Shown here in pieces: positions 37,571 to 49,230 of a DNA stretch of 64,000 bases. The position numbers were made by a program, and so were the translations under genes. Below the pieces are notes generated by a model, which did not search any database, was not told the DNA's origin, and saw nothing but the letters and a program-made list of their open reading frames with translations. Source of the stretch: Lama guanicoe (lineage: Eukaryota); contig MU053513.1 of the NCBI GenBank assembly GCA_013239625.1, positions 3,212,927-3,276,926 of the forward strand, written 5' to 3'. Position 1 is the first letter of the stretch, and every line of letters starts with the position of its first letter.

Positions 37571-40229
37571 GCAGGACTTTGCACACTGGACGCAGGCATG
37601 GAACCAATGAGATATGGGAAATAATATTAATACAAACTCATTTATCACACAGGCACCTAAGGCTAACCATTTGAAATACATAACTACACTTAGAGCAACT
37701 ACAGCTTCCTTTTTCTTGATCCCTGTGACTCAAGAGCTGTCATTATTAACTCTCATTAAGGTCATTTTTAGCTCACAAATAAAAGGAACACCACAAGCTG
37801 CTTCTGCTCAGAAGGCTACAAAATTTCTTCAAAGCAAAAGTCCTTTCTCATCCTGTATAGATTCTTGCTTTCTACCCAAATTTCACAGTTATGCCCAGTC
37901 CCTCTAGAGTTATTTTTGTCCTGCTTTTGCTGATTCTTATACAAACAAGAATGTTGGCTCAGTGGATGGAGTCACCCACAGCGTCTCACTGGCCTCATGG
38001 CTTCACCCCACGGCAAGGCTCTGTGGCCAGTGACCCAGACTTCCGGTCTGCACTGTCCCTGAAAATGATGAGCCTAAATGGCTGAAAACATAACTAATTT
38101 GATAGTTTTAGCCTAATCTTCCAAAACTCCAGCCACAGGTCCCTAAATCCCACACGGGGTAGAGAAACTACAGGAAAGGGGGAGTTCCCTACCACCAAAA
38201 AGGGGTGAGGGGAGGACATCAGTGTCTTCCCCTCCAACTCCTCAGAGATTTAAAAGGCTGCCTTTTCCATCTAAGGAACAAAAAGAGAGAGAGGGAGCCA
38301 CAGGATGGCAGGAAACCCTGAAGTCCAGAAAATAAACAAACAAAAAACTAGCCAGCTTGTCAGCCAAAGATATGGGAAGCAAAGAAAGGAGAAATGGAAG
38401 AAGAGGATTTTCCCTCCGCAGCCGTGAGGACAGAGAAGGCAAACGCCAGCAGAAGGAAAAAGCAGAGAGGGCAGTGACGGAAGAGCTATAGGGGAGAGGG
38501 GGCAGAAAGCAAGGTGGGGAGACAGCCCAACAGTGTGACCATTTTTGTACCGGGGGCATTCAGAAATCTAATGTAAAATTCAAAACTATCTGTAACAACT
38601 TTGTCAAGTATCAACATGGTATTTGGAGACCCCCCTCCTTCCACATGGAGTAATCTTGTAGCAGTTGCAGACTTGTGTAGCAAACAGGACTGTCCAACAT
38701 CATGAATTTCACAGGTTCCCGTCTAATACATGACTTAAAACTTCTACACTCACGGAAGGCATGGAGTTGTGCAGAAGGAGAAACAAGGCAGCGTCTGTTG
38801 GACTCTGATATCTATTGAAAACAGGCTGATTTGATGCATTATCCCACCCTCAGCTGGTCTAGGATGGTTACCCAATCACATCCAGTGCCGGATTTTTACA
38901 CTTACACTATCCCTGTGCTTATACTAGTTATATAAATTAAATATTGCTTTGGTCACTAAAAGTCAGCAAACTGGTATTCTGGATTGGGATGGAACAGAGC
39001 ATTATCTGGAACAAATACGTTTGTTTTCAGTCATATGGATTTTTGTTTGTTTATCAGCTGTGTAATCCTCTTGTGGTGTCAGAGGCCAAATCCATATTCT
39101 CGTAAAAACCATGGGCACAGTCTGTGACACAAAGGAAATGGGACTGATTTGGGGGAGCCCCTGCCACCAAGGCAAGTAGGTATCTTTCCAGTTCTGCTCC
39201 CTGGTGCTATGTTCCCAGAACCCATTCTTTTACTCATCTCCCAAACTCTCTGACCCTTCTTTTTCAGCAGCTGCCCCTCACTATCCCATTTCTGACCACA
39301 GGCCTTCACTGGTGACCTTCACTGGAGGATGTCCCTACCTCACCCTTCCCATAGCCATTTTCCTTCAGCAGCTGCTGCTTGGTTGTCTTCTTCCCTCGGG
39401 TACACAATACCCATAGGTCCCCATGACGGTAGCTGTGCTCTAGACTAGCTGATCAATAAGTTACATACCAATAAATTATAATACCTATGTTGTCCTCAAA
39501 ACTAATTTGGACCATTTTCCTTCAGGCCCTTTAGGAATCCCAATTATACAAATCAAGTATCAAACTCTTATGCCTAGAGGGTCTAGTGGGTAACATAAAT
39601 GTTTGAAGAAGATAGGTAGGGAGACACTAGCGCATGGTGGGGACTGAGGCAAACTGGAAAGCACATGTCCCATCCCAAGAAGGGACAGCCAAAATTCAGC
39701 TTGAACCAACTATTGCCAAGGGGGAACAAACTAGGACCATGCATTCCAGATCCTTTGACTTTTTCAGAAATCTCCCAATTTTTTTTAATGCTGACAACTA
39801 ATTTAACATTAAATATATACATACACACACACACACATATTTACTGTATGAACTGCTACTATGAGGAACAAAAGAAACACCTGTAACCCCAGTTTGTGAT
39901 GTGTGACATGTTCATTAATAACAGAAGTGTCAACAGGGCATTGATACGTGAGTCTCTGTGACAGACAGCCCCAGTCAGATAATGACCATGGGCCACACCA
40001 CAATTCTCTAGCTTCTATCATGTTATGATGAGCAGCATGGAGAAATGAATCCTAGCTGGAAGCAACACAGTATTATTTGCTCTCTCCTGGTTAGGTAGAA
40101 GAGGAAATAGAAGAAGGATCAATAATGTATGTACTTCAGGGGCACTTCAATCAGGCTATATAACCATGAGCTGAGTTCCGGTTCCAAAGAGGCAGCCCCA
40201 GAGAAACTAAATCCATGTCTCTAGACCCA

Positions 40230-40503
40230 GGGAAGTTCCGTGGATTTCAAAGCCCTTTGAGGGAGGGAGGGAGGGTTCAAAGTGAAAGCGCTATGAGCTG
40301 GAGCCTAGCTTTCGACTTTCTAGCAATTAAGGTCCTCAAAGAGTGAGACATATAAATGTGACACGAAGAATTATGCTTTACTTCTTATGTGGACCAGTGG
40401 CCATGTGACTTTCCCGTCAGCTTTGCACCCACCCAAACCTTCCCTTAGGACCTTGATTCAGCACCTCCCTAGCAGCGTGCTTAGGCTCAGGCTATATGCA
40501 TAA
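40230..40503. promoter_or_regulatory. candidate IRF/NF-kB-responsive promoter or enhancer
   Basis: GGGAAGTTCC 40230-40239; (GGGA)3GGG 40261-40275; IRF-E AAAGTGAAAGC 40279-40289; inverted GCTTTCGACTTTC 40308-40320; GTGACTTTCC 40405-40414. Confidence 0.4.
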
Positions 40504-41539
40504 GCTTGCCAAAACCCTAACCCCCTGAGCCCCAGGCTGCCAGGTGGGTAAATGGCAACTGGAGCCCCTCAGCCTGTCACTTCTAACCACAAGCAGCCTA
40601 GTCTATTTATTCTACTGCGATATAAAAATATTACTGTTTTTGATATGCCACAAGGAAGAAAAGATTCGAAAGCACAGATAACACATCTGTCTGCAGGGTT
40701 CTTTATGGATGGGTTTGCCCTGGAGGTGGCCTGGGTTTGTCATGAACATGCTGTTCAGATCTCCCCAGCTGCTGGGAGTGTTGGCGGCCGACAGCTCTCA
40801 GCTGCATCCCTCAAGGGCGCTCCTGCCCTCTGGTGAAGAGAACCATCTGACTCAAGGTCACTGCCCTCCTCAAGGACGGCCTGCAAGGAATTACTGTTTA
40901 GTGATGGGGAATGGGAATGAAGCCCGGCTTCCCTCTCTCCAATCCTAGTCAAGTTTGTAGGGCCATCTCAGAACCACAGCTCCTGTTAGTTCAACTGAGG
41001 CCTCTGTTTCAATGACTGCAGTTTAATTTCCCTTCCTGCCCAGTCTGGCCATCTTTTCCCTTACAGGTGCTGCTCCTGGGGGCACACATGACAAGCCTCC
41101 CGCATACAAATCTCCATCTCAGAGTCGCCCTCCTGGAACTGGAACCGACCTGCGACCAACTCCAATTCAATCTCTCTCTCACGTAAAACTCATCCCCTCT
41201 GGACACATGTAGAAACATAACTAAGCATAACCTTGCCATCTCAGGTGAATCTCATTTCAACGTCCATTTCCCACATAGGTTATTAAGGTCTTAATTCCTT
41301 CTAAGTCCTTTTCCTCACGTGGCTCGTGGGTCTGCTTTCACTCTACTGGACTTCTTCAGTGGGGTTAAGAAAACAAGTTCTACACAGTGGGGAAAAAAGG
41401 TAAATCCACAAGAAGTAAAACTTCCCATTCTAACACCCTCCCTCCATCTCAGGCCAACCACAAGCATCAGATGTTGCTGTCCTGGGGTAGACTCAGGACT
41501 GGATTGTTTCTGCTATAATCCTTACTTAGATAATAATTA

Positions 41540-41790
41540 CAGTAATAATAATAATAACCATGACTACCATCAATCATACACTTGCTATGTCATAAGCTCC
41601 ACACTAAAGGCTTTTTTTAATATATCATCATTAACTTTTTCAACAAACCCAATGAGGAAAGTATTATTAACTATTTCTAGAGAGCATTAAAGTGAAGAGA
41701 GTCAAGTTGCCCAAGGCCTCACCATTCTGGAACTGGGACTAATGCTGGATCCCTACCCCTTCAAAGTCCACCTTGTCCCTCTGCACCAGC
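41540..41790 (-). mobile_element. MIR SINE
   Basis: ttttcaacaaacccaatgaggaaagtattatta...aagttgcccaaggcc. Confidence 0.6.
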
Positions 41791-41829
41791 TCTCCCTGTG
41801 CTCCATTCTCCCCACCTCCCCTGTTCGTA

Positions 41830-41975
41830 GTTCACTTTGGAGGGAAAGCTCCATGCGGACAGGGATTTTTGTTCTTCATTGTATCTCAGTGCCCACAACA
41901 GTGGCTGGCATGTGGCAGGTGTCCAATTAGTTGTTTGCTTGTGTGAACGAATGAATGGACGGATGGATGGATGAG
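41830..41975 (+). mobile_element. LINE-2 3' end
   Basis: aagctccatgcggacagggatttttg...gtatctcagtgcccacaacagtggctggcatg...gaatgaatgg. Confidence 0.7.
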
Positions 41976-43419
41976 ATCCAGTGGCACAATCCCAGCAGAG
42001 TGGACATTAAAGAGTACTAAGGAATATGCCTGAACCCATTTGCTTCTGAGCAAGTAGCTGCTGCTGGCCCACACTTAAAGTCACATACACCTATCAGAAA
42101 ATTGTCTTCCTATGTGGATTTCTCAGAACAAGATACTTTACTGCCATTTGCCCCAAAATAATAGCTGCACAGACCTACCATATTGATGATGTGGACAATG
42201 TCCTCTTGAATGTGGTGCTTTCTGCACCAGAAAACCTGCACAGCCACGTATGGCTTCTCTACCGAGACTGGCCAGGCCTAGTTTATGCTTTTGTCTAACT
42301 AGATACTGGGGTTAAATTTGCCTTATTTTCTGACTGTTGGAGTCTGACCCACGTTTGTTTTTAATTCCTCATTCAGCTACCTTTTGTCAACTTTGAGACA
42401 ATGGCCAAAGTCTCAGAAAGTTTGCTGGATGATAGTCTTGGTATTACCCAGGCTCTCCACTCTGCAAGGTTCATGCTTTCAAAGAGCTCTCTTATCACTC
42501 TTTGATGGAGAGCTATTTTCAAGAGCTATACAATTTCCCGACATTCTTTTTTGCTTGTTGAAGACAGATTCTCTTGAGAGAGTACAATATCTTAAGTACT
42601 TTAAAAACACCGTGAATGTCATTGCCTCGCTTCCGAACCAGGCTTTCTTTCTCATCAGAAATCTTCCTCTCTGACCTCCTTTCACAGTCTGTTTTACTCC
42701 CTTTGTCCCAGACAGATGAAACAACTGGTCTGGAAAAGGTCAAACTCAGCATACCAAAATAATATATATTTCTATATTTCTAATGAAAAGAAAAGCAGGT
42801 TGAAAGTTAACATTAACCAATCTAATCTCTAAGATTCTTGAGGAAGAGACACCAGAAACGTGAAATCATGAATAGTCTTTGATCAGGGATGCCCAGATGC
42901 CAGTATATAAACAAACTGAGTTTTTATTTTACATACAGTTCTTTACAAAGGCCAGGAGAGAAAATAAAACAAAAGGAATGTGCCAGGCCGTCCTGCTGTT
43001 ATAAAATATACAAAAGCAAAGGCAAATCTGACAGGAACCAAAAATCTAGTTGGCCTAATTCCCAAGATGCTGAAGTGAACGTGACTTGGGAATATAAATA
43101 GGTCACAGTAAACAAATACCAACTTTACTCTGATGATTGGTTCAGCCCACTCGCCGTGGCAACTAAGCTAAACCTTAACACCCCAGGCAGATCTAAGTTA
43201 TTCCCACATCTGAGAACCCATTGCATTTTGTCTGTTCCTCTGTTGGAGTATTTGAGATGTTGTACAGAATTTTCAGCTCACTCATCCATCTCTTCCCCAT
43301 TGGGTTGAGATTACTTGAGGCAGGAACCACATTTTACACATTTTCATGTGGCCAGCAATGAGTATAATGTCTGACATTTCATGGGTGTACACAATGCTTT
43401 GTGGAAGTCAGCTGGATGT

Positions 43420-43764
43420 TGCTAAGGACTGAATGTGTGCCCCCTAAATTCATACTTGGAAGCCTTGGTCCCCAGTGTATTTGGAGGTGGGACTTTTGGG
43501 AGGTAATTAGGTTTAGATGAAGTCACAAAGTAAAGTCCCTGTGATGAGATTGGTCCTTATAAGGGAATGAAGAGATCAGAGCTCTTTCTCTAGCATGGGA
43601 GGACACAGCGGGAAAATAGCCATCTGCAAACCGGGAAGAGGACCCTCACCCAATCATGCTCACACCGTGGTATCGGTCTTCCAGCCTTCAGAACTGTAAG
43701 AAATAGATGTTGTTTAAATCACCCTGTCTATAGCATTTTTCCTATAGCAGCCCAAGCTAAAACA
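43420..43764 (+). mobile_element. MaLR solo LTR (MLT1A-like)
   Basis: TG...CA termini with perfect 5-bp TSD GATGT (43415-43419 / 43765-43769). Confidence 0.9.
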
Positions 43765-44334
43765 GATGTTTTTCCATTGGTGTAAAGGAATTAGACACCA
43801 TTCTTTATTATGAAATCTTGCTTCTGGATAGTAAAGGGAGAGGTGTCATCATCAGCATCCAGAAGGCTCAAAGGACAATGTCCACTACAGAGAGCTTTCT
43901 CCCTCACAATGCTCTGCACACACTGGTTTCCTTTCATTTCTCTTGATTTGCTGAAATTCACCCATTTCTAAGAAATCTTTGTGTATTGTCCTATTGTGTG
44001 CAATGACTCAAGCAATGAAATGCAGGTGCCCAGAGGAAGTCTGTGACTGTCACAATATCGGGCATGAAGCAAATGGACAGAGTTCCCATACTACTACACC
44101 AGCAAGGTGCTTAAAGATGCTGCACAGCACGTGCCGTGAGCTACACAAATGAGGGCTCTCAGAAAGAGACTCTGCCCACCCCAGGGCTTCTACCCTCTTC
44201 CTCTGTCACTCCACCACATTCCAGAATAATCCAGCAGAGGATTACAGCCCCTATTGCAAAGAGTATTTATTCTTTAAAAAGAATGCAGTTTCCAGAACAG
44301 AACACTGTAGCCCCAAATGAGGCAAATATCGCAG

Positions 44335-44560
44335 CTGACATCTGAAAGCACTTATCATATGCCAGGCAGTTGCTAGGGACTTGACAAGCATTCATCCTTG
44401 AAGTTTACTGAGGGAAGGAGGCACTCTTGTAGTCTCCATGTTACAGACAAGGAAATTGAGGTTTACTGAACAGGTTAGTAGTTTACCTAAGGTCTCACGG
44501 AAAGTAAGAAGCAAAGCCAGCCTGGAACCACAGTCTGTCTCCTAGAGCTCTGCACTCTGA
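44335..44560 (-). mobile_element. MIR SINE
   Basis: atatgccaggcag...ccatgttacagacaaggaaattgagg...tacctaaggtctcac. Confidence 0.7.
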
Positions 44561-44584
44561 GCAGGTGCATAAGCAGAAATTGAG

Positions 44585-45945
44585 TGTGGTAAACAAAGCT
44601 TACCGATGTATTTGGGTTCTTCTCTTCTTCTGAACACACGAGTGGATTACATGACCCTACCCATTTAAGTTAGTCGATCTATTTTGGCCAATGAAATGAC
44701 ATAATATACTTCATGGCAGAAGCATTTAAGATGCAAAGTGCAATTCTCCACTTCTCTTGCCATAGCAATGCCTGGACGTCATGTTGAGATGGAAGCATCA
44801 TCCAATGCCCACTTCATACCTGGGACCAGGGATGATAACAGAGAAGGAACGACCTCCTAGAGGGCCAAGCCAAGGAGACTGATAGACCTGGGGACTTTCC
44901 TAGAGGTCAGAATGGAGCTCAACCTAGGAATATTCTCCACTTCCAAGGCAGGGAAACATCACATGCCAGTGAGTTCTCAGACTTGCTGTGTGTTTCCCAT
45001 TCTTCCTCTTACAGACTAGGGATGCTTATTGAAGTCATCCACAGGGAGGGCAAGGGCAGGGGGAAGATGATTTGCCTTTTTAATTCACAGTGTTTCACGG
45101 GGATTTGGGGTTCTCTCCTTGGCAGGATGCTATGACCTGAATGTTTGTGTCCCCTCAAAGTTCATACGTTGACATCCTAACTCTTGAGGTGATGGTATTA
45201 GGAGGTGTGGGCCTTTGGGAGATGATTATATCATGAGGGCAGAACCCTCATGAATGGAATTAGTGCCCTCATAAAAGAGGTCCAAGAAAGCTCCCTTTTT
45301 TACCATGTGAGGACATAGCATAAATATGCCGTCTATAAGCCAGAAAATGGGCTCTCACTAGACACTGAACCTGCCAGCATCTTGATCTTGGATTTTCCAA
45401 AGTTCAGAACTATGAGAAACAAATATCTGCTGTTTACATGCTACTGAGTCTCTGGTATTTTATTAACAGCCCAAACGGACTAAGACACGGAGGGTAAGGA
45501 CCATATTCTGCGTGCAGGGGCAAAAAGTGAACCTAATGTTTGGTTAGTGATAGGCCTTATAAGTTACTCCTCAATATTTCTCTTCTCCCCTTCTTCCTGG
45601 AGTACTAGCAGATTATAAATCTCTGTCTCTTGAAGTTAGGCATAGCCAATGGCTCGCTATGGTCAATGGGATATACGCAGAAATGATGTGTCACATCTGG
45701 GCAGACACATTTAAGATCCAGTGCATGGTCATCTATGCTTATTTCCCTTGTCACAGCAAACCCTGACGCCCTGAGTGGAAATAGCAATGTTGTAAGGTGA
45801 TAAAGCTTGCATCAGCCAGGCTGACTGTCCCCTGCCAACACAAGTACGATGTGTAGTATTAGAAAAAAATAAACCTTTGTCATTTAAACACAGAGAGTCT
45901 GAAGGTGGTTTGTTACACCACCTAGTCTCTAGTTATAACTGATTC
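44585..45945 (+). mobile_element. degenerate old MaLR element: LTR fragment, internal remnant, LTR (MLT1H/I-like)
   Basis: two related LTR-like blocks (~44585-44810, ~45545-45945; aagttag...ggccaatgaaatg...gcatttaaga vs aagttagg...ggtcaatggga...acatttaaga) around internal-like sequence. Confidence 0.55.
45128..45487 (+). mobile_element. MaLR solo LTR (MLT1A-like) nested in the older MaLR
   Basis: tgctatgacctgaatgtttgtgtcccc...cagcccaaacggactaagaca. Confidence 0.85.
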
Positions 45946-46700
45946 TCTCCTGATCATACCCTAAAACGTGGCATTATGAGGGCCCTGAAATTAGAAGTTA
46001 ACATTGCAGCTCAGACTGGATATTAAGGGTTAGCAGAGCAATGGGACACACCCAAAAGAGAACCTAACATGAATATGAGCTCTTTTAGTTAAACTGTCCA
46101 GCAACTGCTCCTTAGTGAAGGAGATGAAATAGGGTTTATTGAAAATGCACATATATAATAAAAGATATATGGTTTATGGAGTCACTTATTTGCTAAAAAA
46201 TGCTTTATTCATCTTCAAAAAGAACTGAGTTAAAGATCCCTTTAGGGATCCCCAGAGAGGACAACCTGGTAAGGAACACATTTCTCGTAATGTGCTTTGT
46301 CAACATGTTACATCAGAATCACCAGAATCCTTATTAAAAATCCAAGTTCCGAAGCCCTATCACTGAAAGAAACTCACTGCTTTAGCAAATTCTGTTTTAA
46401 GGAGCCTTATTTCTGTCTGGGTATGCTATATAATATTCTTTGACTTTTCCTAGAGTTACATAACTCCCAGGGCAGTAATCCCACAATCCCCTTAAGTCCA
46501 TAGATATTTAAGACCATTAACAATTCCTTAGGAGTTAATGCCCAAGCTAATAACGAAAAAGTGAATTATAATCATCTGACTTTTAAGCAGGCATCCGTGA
46601 TGGACTTAGAATAAGGAAGAATCCATAATTACCTGTGAAATCAGTATTTGAAATATCCTTTAGTGTTAATGTCAAGAATATTAAACACCTGCTATGTTCT

Positions 46701-47717
46701 TAATTTTAACCATTATTCTGGGTGTTAGGTAGACAAAGATAATGGTTCCATGTCTTAAGGAATTCCCTGAGGAAGGAACAATTCTGTCAGTTCTCATTAT
46801 TCACCACTGTTATGTTCTTTTAAGTCACCACAAGCACTGAATTAGCAAATACTGAACCACTAATCCTAGGAAATGTGGGGTTAGATTCCTGTGAGCCTCC
46901 GATCATAACATTTTTGTCATCTAATAAATACATAACCTTGTTTTATGTGTTTCTGTTTACAGACAATTTATTTAATACATATTGCTGATTAATTAACATT
47001 GAACTCACTGCCAACAGCACTATAACTCATGCCTGAACAAAGCTTCTATAAGGCACATCACGGCCCTCTGGCACTTAGGAACACCACACAACGCTTCAGC
47101 ACTATGCTTGGGGGTGGGCATTTCATACAGCAAAATCACCAACAAAAAGCACAAAAATGTGAAAACCATAGCATGAAACGCCACAGAAAGGACATTTTAT
47201 TTCACAGCGTGAGAGCTGAAACAAGCAGGCTGCCTGCCTGAACCTCAGCTGGGAACATGCATGATGGGTGACTCACATTTTTTCTTCTGGGGGTGTATCC
47301 ACAAGTGACAATGAACATGTCACAGGTGTTGGTTGGGGGATCACAGATTCATTTTAGTGAGTGCAGAAATTTGAAAATACAGAACTGTGAATAATAAGGA
47401 TCAACTGTGTATTTGTTGATAATGTGCAAATGCTGTAAAGGAAGCACAGACTAGGTATGATGGAAATGCAGAGGAAGAAAACTTAGAGTTTGCTGGGTGA
47501 GGATGGAGGAAGGCAGAGAAGCAGTCAGAGAGGAATATCCCTATATTTCCTAGGAGCAGTGGTTCAGTATTTGCTAATTCAGTGCTTGTGGTGACTTAAA
47601 AGAATGTAAAAATGTAAATAATGAGAATCGACTGTATCGTTCCTTCCTCAGGGAGTTCTTTGAGACATAGAACCGTCATCCTTGTATAGCTAACACCCAG
47701 AATAATGGTTAAAATTA
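46701..47717. repeat. ~190-bp inverted duplication (arms 46701-46890 and 47531-47717)
   Basis: hand alignment gives ~27 differences in 190 nt, with perfect 47-bp and 28-bp blocks. Confidence 0.93.
46784..47407 (-). mobile_element. TcMar-Tigger element (MER82-like)
   Basis: TIRs ctgtcagttctcattattcac ... gtgaataataaggatcaactg; internal acctcagctgggaac and gagagctgaaacaag. Confidence 0.8.
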
Positions 47718-48539
47718 TTGCTCTGCTTAAGCAAAGACTTGTAAAGTGAACAGGAATTTGACCAATAGGTAAAGAAGAGAGTATTCCAGGAAGAGAGAAA
47801 TGTGTGTGGGAAGAAAGTGGGACTAGACAGACTACTGGGCAATGATCCTGAAAGGCCTTGCATGCCAAGCTGAGGAGGTTATATTTTATCCTCAGAAAAT
47901 ATCAGCAAATGATATCCTGGTTAACTAAACAGACTTTCAATTTCCATCTCCCCTCTATTTGTCACATTGCTACCTCATCATCAAGTACCAAAAGAGTGTA
48001 AATTATTATCTTCAGAATAATGATTGTTTGCCCCATTCCTTTTGTAATTTCTTCTGCTTAAATTTCATTTCCTAATCATGGCTTGCCTGAAAGCTGCACA
48101 GTATGATTTATTCACTGAGTAATTTCATATTTAGGAGACAATGTTTTGGCAATGTTTTGATTAGATGAGAATCCAAGACATGGAACATGACATGAATCAA
48201 TATCTGTCTAATCCCCAGATAACTACAACTCAATCAAATAAAACCCATCAGAGTGGCTATGATGTCTACCACATTTTAGAAATGTGTTTTTGACCAAGCA
48301 GAGGGAAATATCATCAAGGAGCAAGCCTCTGTACATTTGGAGAAGGTAAACCAATTCAAAGACTGGACAAATTGATCAGCTTGTCAACTGAGTGGAATTT
48401 GTGTTACTAGGGACCTTATGATGGGTGTTGTCATTGTTTTAAGTGCCTGGAGTCCTTTCCTTGCTTTACCAGTCTTAGACAGTGCTCAGACAGATCTGCC
48501 TTTCATTCACTAAATGGAATTACTGCAGTTACCTAGGTG

Positions 48540-49230
48540 ACCAGATGTGGTCACCGGGCACCAGTTCAGGCCACTATTATTCATCACCTTTTCTATTACT
48601 ATAATTGCTTCATTGTCCTTTCTTATGCTAATCTTACTTTTTCTCTCATTTATTCTCCATACTCCTTCCAGAGTGACCTTTTTAAAGTGGTAAAGCCAAC
48701 ACATTGCCTTCCAGCTTCGAAATCTTCACTCTCCTTAACATGATTTTAAGACCCAGCTTGCTCAGGTTTCCTTCAACTCCTTCATGATTCTCATGCTTAC
48801 ACTCAGTGTTTGAGCTCGTGGCTAAATAGGCCACTGTTTAACATTCTTCTTCCAAACCATAATTTGTGCTGCCTCGGGACCTTTGCACATGCTGCTCCCA
48901 CAGCCCAGAACATTGTTCCCCATTCCCCACCACAAATTCCTACTTATTTAGTCTGTCTCATTTTAGAATCACCTCTTCCAGAAAGCTTTCCTTGACCACC
49001 TCATCACTCCCCTGGCCCTAATGGGACTTCCATCATTCCCTGTATTTTCCCTAAGAAAGCATGGATCACCCTGTATTAGTCCTTCCCATTCACTTGACTA
49101 TCTTACCTCATTAGACTGTACGCCTCACCAGAGTAGGGACTATGTCCTATTCTCTTTTGTATTTCAAGAGCCAGCACAGTGCCAACACTGTGCTCATAAA
49201 TGTTTGTTGAACGTTTGAGTAAATGAACAG
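48540..49230 (+). mobile_element. LINE-2 3' region
   Basis: ccagagtgacctttttaaa...gggacctttgcacatgctg...ttagactgtacgcctc...tgctcataaatgtttgttgaa. Confidence 0.75.

Noticed and set aside
37044..37681. Several 80-125 aa ORFs
   Set aside because: Explained by high GC and the CA repeat (THTHT / CVCVC); no recognisable homology.
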